The position numbers were made by a program, and so were the translations under genes. Below the pieces are notes generated by a model that worked only from the letters and a program-made list of their open reading frames with translations, was not told where the DNA came from and searched no databases. Source: a virus. Taken from it: 64,000 bases of DNA. How positions within the stretch are numbered: position 1 is the first letter of the stretch; every line of letters starts with the position of its first letter. The DNA lies in the IMG/VR virus record IMGVR_UViG_3300010222_000171, positions 4,817-68,816 of that record, one strand, 5' to 3'. This document shows, piece by piece, positions 18,182 through 27,538 of the stretch.

Positions 18182-18618
18182 TGGATCGCCGCAGTTTCCT
18201 TAGTGGAATCATCTCGTCAGTAGCGGCTGCGGTGGCGGGATGTAGTGGCACAGAAAATGATTGTGAGACACCCCACGGCTCGACAGCAAACTGTGGTTCC
18301 TGCTCCGCCTGTAAAGAGTTAGAGAATTACTGTGCAGAGGTAATCGATACAGAATACACGAAAGATAAAGCGGCGGAAATGGGGGAGTTGTTGCGACCAG
18401 AAATCCACGAGTGGTCCGACGACTGCCACTTCCGTCGAGAAATTGATGAAGAACATCTTGGCGAGGTACAAAATTGGTTCGATGATCTAACCTATACGAT
18501 CAGTTCGTCATTCAATCGCGGCACGCTTACAGTCGATGTGAGTGTTTATCCACCGCTGCCGAAGCTGCCGAAAAATGCAGTAGATGTGACCGTTGAGGTG
18601 GACAAAACCAAAACATGA
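18181..18618 (+). CDS. Tat-exported lipoprotein
   Basis: MDRRSFL twin-arginine motif and AVAGC lipobox, followed by a Cys-rich segment. Confidence 0.8.
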   Translation: MDRRSFLSGIISSVAAAVAGCSGTENDCETPHGSTANCGSCSACKELENYCAEVIDTEYTKDKAAEMGELLRPEIHEWSDDCHFRREIDEEHLGEVQNWFDDLTYTISSSFNRGTLTVDVSVYPPLPKLPKNAVDVTVEVDKTKT

Positions 18619-18833
18619 TAGATAGAAACCCGTTCCTTGATGCGTTCCATATTGGAATTACCGGCAGCCTATTCCTTGCAGGAATTGCATTGCTGACCTT
18701 CTCGGCTACGGCCCTAATTATCATTGCTCTGTGGGGATTTATTTTCTCTGTGGTTATCCCGCCGATCCTCGCATGGTATTACGACCGGGGTTTTGAGATT
18801 CCAGGTTGGTTCTTACGGACCCCCAAAGAGTAA
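18615..18833 (+). CDS. small membrane protein (two TM segments)
   Basis: Two hydrophobic stretches; ATGA overlap. Confidence 0.7.
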   Translation: MIDRNPFLDAFHIGITGSLFLAGIALLTFSATALIIIALWGFIFSVVIPPILAWYYDRGFEIPGWFLRTPKE

Positions 18834-18849
18834 GATTGAAAAACTCGAT

Positions 18850-18861
18850 GGGGGGGGGGGG
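18850..18861 (+). repeat. G12 homopolymer
   Basis: Twelve consecutive G in intergenic DNA. Confidence 0.9.
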
Positions 18862-18891
18862 CGGTTCGGTCTATCTGTTCTATATAAAGAG

Positions 18892-18950
18892 AAAAATTCC
18901 CTCAACAGGGTATAGAGGATCAAATCTATACTCTGTTGAGGGGGATTTTT
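18892..18950. repeat. long inverted repeat
   Basis: CCCTCAACAGGGTATAGA 18899-18916 versus TCTATACTCTGTTGAGGG 18925-18942 (one mismatch), flanked by A and T tracts. Confidence 0.85.
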
Positions 18951-18974
18951 ATATTTGGAAGCCGAAAGAAAAGT

Positions 18975-19112
18975 ATGCAGCTAAGTCCACGTCAAGTGGC
19001 CTTCGTGAAGTCAGAAATGAAGCGTGTTATGAACGACGATGCGCGTCAGCCAACTGAAAAAGTTGAGGCTGAACGCATCAAAGAACAAGCAGATTCCGCA
19101 ATCACCGAGTAA
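18975..19112 (+). CDS. 45-aa microprotein, probably leaderless
   Basis: MQLSPRQVAFVKSEMKR..., with TTTTTATAT about 25 nt upstream. Confidence 0.55.
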   Translation: MQLSPRQVAFVKSEMKRVMNDDARQPTEKVEAERIKEQADSAITE

Positions 19113-19169
19113 CCAATATCGTCAGAATAGAAGAGTGCCCACCCGCTAACCCACTCAGTGAATGCAGTA

Positions 19170-19514
19170 TCAATATTCTATATCAAAGTTCTCGACAAGC
19201 TCGTCGTTTAGACAAGTACCGTTGTAATATACTTCAGCCAAATGTCTGCCAAACTTCCCTTTACCCCGGATTTCAAGCCGAAGTGGGTACTGTTCACTAT
19301 TTGTAGCCCGTAACCAGGACTGCACAAACTCTTTTTCTTTCACTCCCCTTTTATATTCCTCGGAATCATGAGGGGTGCCATACGTTTCGTGAGTGTCAAC
19401 GCCAACTAACCGAATTGTAGTGTCAAACGTGACCCCGAAACCAAGAAAACAAGTAACTTTGAGTGTATCGCCGTCTACAACTTGGGTGTGTTTGGCTCGA
19501 ACAGAAAAGGTCAT
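19170..19514 (-). CDS. thermonuclease (SNase-like) family protein
   Basis: VVDGDTL, IRLVGVDTHE and GKFGRHLAEV motifs. Confidence 0.9.
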   Translation of the reverse strand: MTFSVRAKHTQVVDGDTLKVTCFLGFGVTFDTTIRLVGVDTHETYGTPHDSEEYKRGVKEKEFVQSWLRATNSEQYPLRLEIRGKGKFGRHLAEVYYNGTCLNDELVENFDIEY

Positions 19515-20560
19515 GAATACTTTTCGTGCCAAGCGAGAATGCCGTGTTGTGGTGTATAAACGCGGACTGGCGAAGCGTTGGGGTCGCCGGGGTCGACAAG
19601 GTCTGCGGCAACTACTTCTTCGTTCACGTAGTATCGCAGCGAACTGTGTTCCAGGGCATCGTCGTTGGGATCGACCAATGGGAGATCGTAGGTGTTGCCG
19701 TTCACGTGAACGCGCTTGAAGTAGAGGGGAGTTGGGTCTGCGAATTCCCAGTCATATGTGTACTCGAAGTGGGCTTCTCCTGACCCAGAAATGTGGTGTT
19801 TGAACTTGTTAGTCCCCTCACTGAGTCCGTTGAGCGTAACCCACGGGGACCATTCATTATCGTCAAGTTTCTGATCGTAAGACGCCGAGACATCGCCACT
19901 GACAGATGGGTTTTTGGTCTTGATTTTCTCTGTGTGAGTTTTTACCCGTTCGAATGTTGTGCGCATCCATACTTCGACTGGTTCATCTGGGTAGTTTGTC
20001 CAGCCGAGCGTCCAGTCGACGTGTCCCGTCCCCTCAACATCCATCATGTTGTCCCCCCGGTCTTTTTGTCGGGACCACGCTGCTAAGTAGTGGCGCGAAT
20101 CATCGGGTGGTAGTGTTGTCCCCCAATAGGTATTGGCATACGGGTCGTCACGATTGAATTTATCGTCATCTGTCGAGCCACTGTCGAATAGTGATCCGTT
20201 TGGATCGTAGGCAGACCACGAAAATCCAAGGACCGGATCTTGATCGTTTGGTGGGTATTCGGGGACTGTGAAGTGATTAAAGAGCATGATATACCGATGC
20301 GGATACCACTCACTTCCTGGTGGGTCGTTGTCGAGATCTAAAGTTCCCGAGTCATCACGGTCGACACCAGTGACCTTGTTTGTGGTTTGACTGTATTCCT
20401 CTTCTTCCCACTCTCGTTCGTCGGTGTCTCCTTTCCATCGACACTTGGCGGATAAAATGTTGATATTTTTTTCGGTCGTGATTTCTGTCTCGTCGCTGGT
20501 CGTCCATTTGCTCCCGTCGTAGTCGCTGACGAAGAAAGTATCATTTTCTGTCTTAGCCAT
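19511..20560 (-). CDS. putative tail fibre / receptor-binding protein
   Basis: Last structural gene of the tail operon; T/D/W-rich beta-type composition. Confidence 0.55.
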   Translation of the reverse strand: MAKTENDTFFVSDYDGSKWTTSDETEITTEKNINILSAKCRWKGDTDEREWEEEEYSQTTNKVTGVDRDDSGTLDLDNDPPGSEWYPHRYIMLFNHFTVPEYPPNDQDPVLGFSWSAYDPNGSLFDSGSTDDDKFNRDDPYANTYWGTTLPPDDSRHYLAAWSRQKDRGDNMMDVEGTGHVDWTLGWTNYPDEPVEVWMRTTFERVKTHTEKIKTKNPSVSGDVSASYDQKLDDNEWSPWVTLNGLSEGTNKFKHHISGSGEAHFEYTYDWEFADPTPLYFKRVHVNGNTYDLPLVDPNDDALEHSSLRYYVNEEVVAADLVDPGDPNASPVRVYTPQHGILAWHEKYS

Positions 20561-20569
20561 ACTTACAAC

Positions 20570-21130
20570 TTATAGATCATCTCGAATCCACGTTTCACCC
20601 TCTGAGGGGTTAGACGGGTCAGAGCTACGGACCGGAATTGTCAACTTAGTTGAGACGTTCGCCTCATCGGGGTTGATCGTTGCGGGAGCGTCCGTTCCTG
20701 AGTGGTCGTGGTCCGCGAGTTCAGAATACTCGGCAAAATTTGGATTGTGGTCTTCGTTGCCGTGTGGCTCGTCAGCCGTGTTGTCATTTACCCAATCTTT
20801 GATGTCGCTCCAGTGGTAGCCGTCGACTTTATCTGCGTTATCGGCGTAATCTGCTGCGTTGACGACCCCATCGCCATCGGTGTCAATATCGTTCCCCTTG
20901 TAGGTTGAAGCGTCAGCGTCGTTCGCGGAATCGGCCTTGTCAACTACACCGTCACCATCAGAGTCGAGCCGGTCAAATTCGTCTGCATGATTGTTGATGG
21001 CCTGGATCACCGAATACCACCACCAATCAAAGTGCTCCGACTGCGGCCTCTCGTTTGACTCGAAATTGAGAGAAGTCGCTGGTTTGTTTCCTGTATCGCC
21101 GTGGCTGTAACTGAATCTATCTCTTGACAT
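20570..21130 (-). CDS. tail fibre protein with DxDxDG motifs
   Basis: DSDGDG and DTDGDG motifs plus an ADNADKVDGYH fibre motif shared with the 23058-25007 product. Confidence 0.6.
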   Translation of the reverse strand: MSRDRFSYSHGDTGNKPATSLNFESNERPQSEHFDWWWYSVIQAINNHADEFDRLDSDGDGVVDKADSANDADASTYKGNDIDTDGDGVVNAADYADNADKVDGYHWSDIKDWVNDNTADEPHGNEDHNPNFAEYSELADHDHSGTDAPATINPDEANVSTKLTIPVRSSDPSNPSEGETWIRDDL

Positions 21131-21149
21131 TACTAATTAGTATGAAATT

Positions 21150-21725
21150 TTACTCAACAACAGACGACCATGTGCCATCTTCCCACCCTTTTAGGCTGCT
21201 ATCATCGCCAGCGAAGGCGAACGTACCAACCTCGATGAGGTTCACTTTCGCGTCTGCTGAAACGCATTTGTCCAATAAATCTGCAATTTCCGACTTTGTA
21301 AGCGGGTTTCCAGAAAAAGTGGAACCATCCACTTTGAGCGTAATTACCTTCGAAGGGCTTTGGGGGGGAGTAATCATCTCCACACTACCAGCCCCCACTT
21401 TCAGGATTGAAAGAGCGGCAGATGCAAAATATTCGTATGTAGTATCGCTACCTTGAGCTAAAAATTCTCCCTGAATGCGCTTTCGCAGTTTACGATCACC
21501 CTCATCAGTTTTTCTTTTTACACCAACATATCTCCCCAACTTTTCAAGCTCTTTGCCCGTCGCTGTTGGGAGAAACCTGTTTTCGTATAGTTCTTCAATC
21601 TCAAGGTTTAGCCGACTATTTTCTTGGCTACTCACTAAGAGCAATTTGTAAAGGTCGGTTCCGGGTTTTACATCGATGGGATGGTCCCAGTTATCGACGA
21701 TGTCCGGCTCCTGTTTTGAGTGCAT
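21150..21725 (-). CDS. baseplate wedge-associated protein (gpI-like)
   Basis: ATGKELEKLGRYVGVKRKTDEGDRKLRKRI, typical of proteins that partner baseplate J. Confidence 0.6.
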   Translation of the reverse strand: MHSKQEPDIVDNWDHPIDVKPGTDLYKLLLVSSQENSRLNLEIEELYENRFLPTATGKELEKLGRYVGVKRKTDEGDRKLRKRIQGEFLAQGSDTTYEYFASAALSILKVGAGSVEMITPPQSPSKVITLKVDGSTFSGNPLTKSEIADLLDKCVSADAKVNLIEVGTFAFAGDDSSLKGWEDGTWSSVVE

Positions 21726-22402
21726 TAGTGGATCATCCCCATATCAAGGGAGTAGAGAGAGTTATAACCGCTATATTCGAAAATTCTCATACGATACCAA
21801 CCCCCCTCATCGAGTGGAACACCTGAAACTTCGTGGATTTGGTCCTCATTTGTGACTTGGATTATTTCAGATTTTTCATCTATTAATTCATTTCCACTTT
21901 TGTCGTATTCGATTTGTACCAGTGCGCATGGGTTTTTTGAATTATCAACAGAACTTCCGCGAACTACCATTGTATCCTCACTACCGAGAACTCTGAACTG
22001 TTTTACCCACGGGGTGTGCCAAGAGGCCGTTTCATCGCTCCAAGTGACATCATAATCGATTAAATCTAAAGAGGTTCTTTCATTGTACGTAAATGAAGAA
22101 ACCGCTTTGATGTGTGACGAAACGTTAGAGGGGGCGTGGTTAGCCGCAGACCTGGAACTGTTAGATGTGATTGGTTTAGAATGAGAGTTTGGGGACCGAT
22201 ACACAGAAATCAGACTTTTAACTGAACTATCGATAGTTCCGACATGAGAACTGGTAGTAGAAAATGTAGAGAAGACAGTAGAAGAATTAGATGTAACGGC
22301 GCTTGTGTGGCTGTTTACTGATCTGTAGATAGTATCATTGCCAATGATGAAATCTCCTATGGGGTTTTCACCAAGCCTGGAAAGGTTGTTTGTAGACTTC
22401 AT
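21725..22402 (-). CDS. virion structural protein, Ser-rich N-half
   Basis: Located in the tail operon; likely start ATG 22402. Confidence 0.6.
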   Translation of the reverse strand: MKSTNNLSRLGENPIGDFIIGNDTIYRSVNSHTSAVTSNSSTVFSTFSTTSSHVGTIDSSVKSLISVYRSPNSHSKPITSNSSRSAANHAPSNVSSHIKAVSSFTYNERTSLDLIDYDVTWSDETASWHTPWVKQFRVLGSEDTMVVRGSSVDNSKNPCALVQIEYDKSGNELIDEKSEIIQVTNEDQIHEVSGVPLDEGGWYRMRIFEYSGYNSLYSLDMGMIH

Positions 22403-22430
22403 CAAATGATTGGGTATGTCACGGGTCAGA

Positions 22431-22631
22431 TCATTCGTCGGGCAACAAGTCGTTCTCGTCCAGCACGGCGATGACGTACTCCTCAAATGGGCTTAGGTTG
22501 TTCCAGTCGATCTCGTTGGCGAGCTGCTTCAGTGGGTCGTCACCAACCGAGATCGTGCCGTCAGAAGTTCTCTCTGTGGCGCGGTTGAGGACCTCCTCGG
22601 GTGGACCGAAGAGATCTTCATTGACACTCAT
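22431..22631 (-). CDS. hypothetical protein
   Basis: Acidic coupled ORF. Confidence 0.65.
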   Translation of the reverse strand: MSVNEDLFGPPEEVLNRATERTSDGTISVGDDPLKQLANEIDWNNLSPFEEYVIAVLDENDLLPDE

Positions 22632-23056
22632 GGTGACACCACTTCAATTGACGCTGTATCAGATCCATTTTTACTTTCCACATCGATGGTGATGGTCTGA
22701 CTTGCTTCTTTTGTCGTTGTCAACGTTTCAGTGTGCTGTTCATTAGGATCGACTGCGATTGTCGTAACGAAATCTTCGTCGATTATTAGGTCAATGTCAG
22801 AAGTCGTTCTTGCGGTTGTCGTAATGGTAAGTGTGGCTTCGTCTTGCCCGCCGTTTTCGAGTTGAGATTTGTCGCTGTCTATCTGTGGGCTTGGCGTGAT
22901 GAAGTCACCACTCGCATCATCCAGGTAATCTCCTGGCTGGACGCTTTCACCGTCAGCGTTCACGGGGCTGTGTTCGGGGTGTTCAAAGTCCGAGTCAGCG
23001 ACGATAACGTTCTGTACGTCGTTGTTGTCGTCGACAACAGCATATTTTCCTGTCAT
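22628..23056 (-). CDS. putative tail fibre assembly protein
   Basis: Follows the fibre gene; KYAVVDDNNDVQNVIVAD N-terminus. Confidence 0.55.
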   Translation of the reverse strand: MTGKYAVVDDNNDVQNVIVADSDFEHPEHSPVNADGESVQPGDYLDDASGDFITPSPQIDSDKSQLENGGQDEATLTITTTARTTSDIDLIIDEDFVTTIAVDPNEQHTETLTTTKEASQTITIDVESKNGSDTASIEVVSP

Positions 23057-23057
23057 A

Positions 23058-25007
23058 TTACCACGACCGAACGACGACGAGCCCGTCAGCACCGTCGCCG
23101 CCTGATTTCCATCCGTTGGAGCTATAACCACCGCCACCGCCGCCGCCACCTGGGAAACCACCATTTTCTCCATCTGTATCGTCTTTGCCAGCACCACCTT
23201 CCATGTGTCCAGCAGATGTCCCAGGAGATGGACCGTCACCTACAACCCTGGTCCCAGTTGATCCGCCGTTCCCACCTCTGTCTTGACCGCCACCGCCACC
23301 GCCGCCAGCAGCGTACAGGGAACTGCCACCAGCTTTTCCACCCCGATCGGCCCCGCTGGCTCCACCCCAGTCGGCGCTGTTCCCACTACTGCTTGCTCCT
23401 TGTGACCCTACTGCGTCTGATGAGGTGCCGCCACCTTCTATGTGTCCTCCATTTCCACCATCACTGTATTCGCCACCTTTACCGCCGATTACTGTAATCA
23501 AATCTCCGAAGGAAGATGATCCACCGTCATATCCCGATTCGTTATCGCTTGATCCACCAGATCCACCAGATGCGACAGTGACAGAGACAGAATCGGGCAC
23601 GTTAGATGCTCGATAAAATCGTAGTGTGCGGCCACCACCGCCCCCGCCAGTGCCGTAGTACGGACTGCTATCGCTACCCGCACGCCCGCCACCGCCACCT
23701 GAGATCACGTCTACGGCAACGACGCTCACATTGTTGGGTTTGTTCCAGGTTCCCGAAGATGTGAACGTTTGGACATCAACACCGCCACTATCGTGTTCAC
23801 TCTCCAGCACGAAGTCAGCAGCGTGCTTGCCGTCAACCGTGTCAGCGTCGTCAGCAATGGGGACAGTCTCGGAAACTTGCTCAATTAGTAGGAGAGACTC
23901 ACTATCTCGAAGGGTAACCGCCCCGCCACTACCGTACAGGTGCGTCTCGACGCGCAGAGTATCGCCGCTGTTGACGGTGATCTGCTCCGTGAGATAGTTT
24001 GACGCCTCAGCGTGGCTTTCTCTACTCCGAACATAGCCGGACAACCCAAGGCGGTCACGCCTCGTTCCGTTGACAGAAAATTTGATGCCGGGATTTATTC
24101 GAGTATTTCCATTTGAGTCGTAGGACAGCATCGCATGAATCTTGTATGTCCCACCGTTGTCGAACGTAATCTGTCCAGGGCTGTTCGCGGGTTCGTGGCT
24201 GTACCCAGCGTCAACATCGAGTTGAACGTCCCACGGAATAACAGTCCACGAATTTTGATTAATGTTCGTAGAAGTGTCGGTGCTGCTGAAGCTGGCCGAG
24301 TTCTTTGGACGAGCGAGATCGTTCCCGTGGTAGCCATCGACCGTATCGGAGTCACCTGTAATATCAACGTTAGCGCCGTCTACAGCGGTTCGAGCCTCGT
24401 TGTCTGAATATCGGTTGTGAGTATCTTGCTCGGGCGTGTAACTTGCACTGTCGAGCTTGTCACTATCAATATTCGCCATCCAAGTGGCGAGCCACGTCCC
24501 GCTGTAGTCCATTACCTGCACATCCTCGTACACCCCTTCTGGGTTACTGTTTACTGAATTGGCAGTGTTGTTCGAAGTATCCACTTCGGCAACTTTCAGT
24601 GAGGGTTTTGTAGGAGCAGACCCCGTAGTGTTAACGACGTACCCAGCATCGTCACCAGATGTAGTCAGGTCAATATTAAGAAAAATATGATTTGTATCGT
24701 TATCAGTGAGGGCGAGCGTCGTTGCCGGAGCCTTAACCGAGAGGGTAGCTTCGGGCCATGAGGTCGCTGATCCGTCTTCATTGTGGTCCCGTTCGGTAAG
24801 GTCGGTTGCCCGAACCCGGAACTGGGCCTCGCCAAGAGCGACTTCCGGGACTGTATAATCCGGATTGAGAGATGGAGATTTGACAGAATACCCAACAGCG
24901 TTATCATTGTGGGCAAGCGCATTAAAATTGGCACCGTCGCCCCAATCGGCGTCGTCCTGGGTTTGTAGCCCCGTACCTGCATCCTCAGCAAAGACTTTCC
25001 ATGACAT
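23058..25007 (-). CDS. tail fibre / adhesin with Gly-rich C-terminal domain
   Basis: DxDTVDGxH motifs and a VQTFTSSGTWNKP...GGGGGG glycine-rich domain. Confidence 0.85.
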   Translation of the reverse strand: MSWKVFAEDAGTGLQTQDDADWGDGANFNALAHNDNAVGYSVKSPSLNPDYTVPEVALGEAQFRVRATDLTERDHNEDGSATSWPEATLSVKAPATTLALTDNDTNHIFLNIDLTTSGDDAGYVVNTTGSAPTKPSLKVAEVDTSNNTANSVNSNPEGVYEDVQVMDYSGTWLATWMANIDSDKLDSASYTPEQDTHNRYSDNEARTAVDGANVDITGDSDTVDGYHGNDLARPKNSASFSSTDTSTNINQNSWTVIPWDVQLDVDAGYSHEPANSPGQITFDNGGTYKIHAMLSYDSNGNTRINPGIKFSVNGTRRDRLGLSGYVRSRESHAEASNYLTEQITVNSGDTLRVETHLYGSGGAVTLRDSESLLLIEQVSETVPIADDADTVDGKHAADFVLESEHDSGGVDVQTFTSSGTWNKPNNVSVVAVDVISGGGGGRAGSDSSPYYGTGGGGGGRTLRFYRASNVPDSVSVTVASGGSGGSSDNESGYDGGSSSFGDLITVIGGKGGEYSDGGNGGHIEGGGTSSDAVGSQGASSSGNSADWGGASGADRGGKAGGSSLYAAGGGGGGGQDRGGNGGSTGTRVVGDGPSPGTSAGHMEGGAGKDDTDGENGGFPGGGGGGGGYSSNGWKSGGDGADGLVVVRSW

Positions 25008-25014
25008 AGAGTAA

Positions 25015-25392
25015 TTACTGCGGAAGGTTCACCGTATGCGTTAATACGGTGTTGTCCCCATCTTGGTTGAAAGTAACAGGCGCAAACCCTTCTTTTGGCG
25101 TAATCTGAGTACCGTTATTTGCCTGCGTATCGTTCCAAATGGCCGAGCTTTGAAGTGTCACAGGATGGTCAATGTCAGCGTCACTGCCAGTTACCTCAAA
25201 TTCGACTTTAAGAATTTTGTCGCCATCAATATCGAGCCACTGACAACGTGAATCGCCTGAAATCGAAACCCGAGTCTCTTCATTGTCAGAGTCGTCGTAA
25301 ACGGCAATGTAATCCCATTCGGGAGGGGTTGCTGTACTGCTAACTGCAAAGTCGCGCAGTGTTTGATAACCGCTTTCAAGAATTTCTGACAT
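25015..25392 (-). CDS. baseplate/tail structural protein
   Basis: Lies between baseplate J and the fibre gene. Confidence 0.6.
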   Translation of the reverse strand: MSEILESGYQTLRDFAVSSTATPPEWDYIAVYDDSDNEETRVSISGDSRCQWLDIDGDKILKVEFEVTGSDADIDHPVTLQSSAIWNDTQANNGTQITPKEGFAPVTFNQDGDNTVLTHTVNLPQ

Positions 25393-25394
25393 TA

Positions 25395-27215
25395 TTATTT
25401 CGTATTCGTGTTGACAGTAATAGAACTGTCGCGCGCGTTTGTTTGTGCAATTTCGCTACTCTGAACTTCAAGAACGTCGGCACCGCTTCCCAGAGACGTT
25501 GTATCGTCGGTGCCGTCTCCATCTTTGTCAATAGTCAAGGAATCGACTTCCCATATTCCATGTTCAGATGGATCAACAATTCGATTTTTCACTACCGCTT
25601 CGTAAACGTCTTCTCCGGGATTAGTACCGGGGATGAAACTACCATCAATATCGGTGCCACCGATATAGCCGATAATCAAAGACTTCACATCTTCGTCACC
25701 AATGTACGTATCATCAATGATGAGATCTACACTAATATTAAGGGTAAGCTCTGCCGGCGTAGACCAAGAATAGGTTTCGGTGGATGCTAACACGTCATCA
25801 GTAATTGTGTAGGTTACTTTATCTCCGTGAGCGCCACCATAATCCTGTGAATCTATTGCACTTGTATTGTGAAGAACTTTTGCGATTTCTTCTTTAGTCC
25901 CACCATGAATAACAGCCTCATACGAGTGGGAAGGAAGTCCGTCTTTTTCGTTCTCAGTTTTATTTTTAAACAGTTCGACAGATTGAACCCCATCTATTTT
26001 TTGAAGGGCAGACCCAATTGCTGTAGTGGTGGCAGAGCCGCCGATAACAGTATTATTGAGCGCCCGTTCGCGGAGATCTTCATCCCCTTCACGCTCTCGA
26101 CCGCTAATGAATTCGATTCGGTTTGTGTTAAGAAATTTCGGATTCCCCGTTGGGACAGGATTAGTTACAGAGTTAATACCAGACATGCCATTCGTTAAAA
26201 TGTCAATTGAATCTGCACTGACGTTGGTTTGGATTCCCGTCTCCACCGCTTCAATTGGGATAGTTGTAGCACTTGTCGCAATTTCGTCTACGTGTGTCGT
26301 AGCGGCGTCTCCTTTAGAGACAATACCAATATCTCCTTCAGTCAAATCTGGATACCCCTGATCTTCCAGATAAATAGTTTCTATCTCTGTCTGTTTTGAA
26401 GATGAAGCATAAAGTGTCGCTCTATCATCCCCATACAGCGACCATTCTACTTCGAGATGAACAGTATCATTAGCAGAGAGTGGAACATTTACTGTTTCCT
26501 GGCGCTCCTGTGAACCATCAGCGACTTCACGGATTCGAAGATCGTTGCTGCCTATATTAAGAACTACTTCTTTGTAGTTAGAGCCATTTTCTCGCTGGAA
26601 ACGGAACCCAATGACGCTATCGCCCTGGGGACGAAGGTCAATGTCAAAAATAGTACCAATCTTGAACGATTTAACACTATTAATGGCAACCCCGGAAGTG
26701 GCGGGCATTTCCAGTACGTAATTCCCAGTCATATCGTTACTGGAAACTACACTTGTGCTACCGGTATCCCCTTCCCAATTATTCAACGTCTGGTCTTCGA
26801 ACCCATCGATATGTTCTATCGAAGAGATCTCAGTTGTTTCAAAGACAATTGGATTAACGCCACCAGTCTGAACTAAAGTCCCTCTTGGGATTGTATAGTC
26901 ACTTGTGGGCGGATCAGCACGAGAAAAGCGAGAAACACCAGTAGCCCCCAACCCCCGTTTTCGAGTCAAACCAATAAGGTCTACTAATTTGTCAAGCTCT
27001 TCGCCGCTTGCATCATCGAGATACGCAGCTTCGTAGACTTTCTGGAGAGACTTTTCAATATTATCGGCAATGGTTTCTGCTTCTGACTGGAGCTGTGCAG
27101 TGACGAGATCTCCAGGCTCGGCTGTCATGCCGAGAATTCCTTCAAGGCTGTTTTCCATCATTTGCTGGATCTCGTCACCATCCAGCGTTTCGTATCCGTC
27201 TTGCGTGATTGGCAT
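25395..27215 (-). CDS. baseplate J-like wedge protein with an internal inserted domain
   Basis: ASGEELDKLVDLIGLTRK, IPRGTLVQT, GREREGDEDLRERA and GGSATTTAI motifs. Confidence 0.9.
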   Translation of the reverse strand: MPITQDGYETLDGDEIQQMMENSLEGILGMTAEPGDLVTAQLQSEAETIADNIEKSLQKVYEAAYLDDASGEELDKLVDLIGLTRKRGLGATGVSRFSRADPPTSDYTIPRGTLVQTGGVNPIVFETTEISSIEHIDGFEDQTLNNWEGDTGSTSVVSSNDMTGNYVLEMPATSGVAINSVKSFKIGTIFDIDLRPQGDSVIGFRFQRENGSNYKEVVLNIGSNDLRIREVADGSQERQETVNVPLSANDTVHLEVEWSLYGDDRATLYASSSKQTEIETIYLEDQGYPDLTEGDIGIVSKGDAATTHVDEIATSATTIPIEAVETGIQTNVSADSIDILTNGMSGINSVTNPVPTGNPKFLNTNRIEFISGREREGDEDLRERALNNTVIGGSATTTAIGSALQKIDGVQSVELFKNKTENEKDGLPSHSYEAVIHGGTKEEIAKVLHNTSAIDSQDYGGAHGDKVTYTITDDVLASTETYSWSTPAELTLNISVDLIIDDTYIGDEDVKSLIIGYIGGTDIDGSFIPGTNPGEDVYEAVVKNRIVDPSEHGIWEVDSLTIDKDGDGTDDTTSLGSGADVLEVQSSEIAQTNARDSSITVNTNTK

Positions 27216-27538
27216 TAAAAAGTTTCAGAGAACGCTTCAGAGGTGATGTACGTTATTTCAACTCTGTATTTGCTTTCGCCGTCGAAAATTCTACTTACCT
27301 GTACTGTTTTGATTTCATCCAAAATCGAGTATTCGGAGGCAACACGATAAACGACTGCGCGGATTTTTTCTCGATCCGTTTTAGCCCCGCTTGTGTCCTG
27401 CATTAACTGTCGCATCTTGAAGTGAATGTTTATTGCGACATCCTGCTCAAATTCATCAAGACCATCGACGGTTTCGAAATCATTCCACGCAGTGCGTTGC
27501 AGATCGAAGTCTTCACCAATCAAATAATCAACCATCAT
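27215..27538 (-). CDS. baseplate wedge subunit (gp25/gpW-like)
   Basis: Size and position between the spike and baseplate J. Confidence 0.7.
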   Translation of the reverse strand: MMVDYLIGEDFDLQRTAWNDFETVDGLDEFEQDVAINIHFKMRQLMQDTSGAKTDREKIRAVVYRVASEYSILDEIKTVQVSRIFDGESKYRVEITYITSEAFSETF

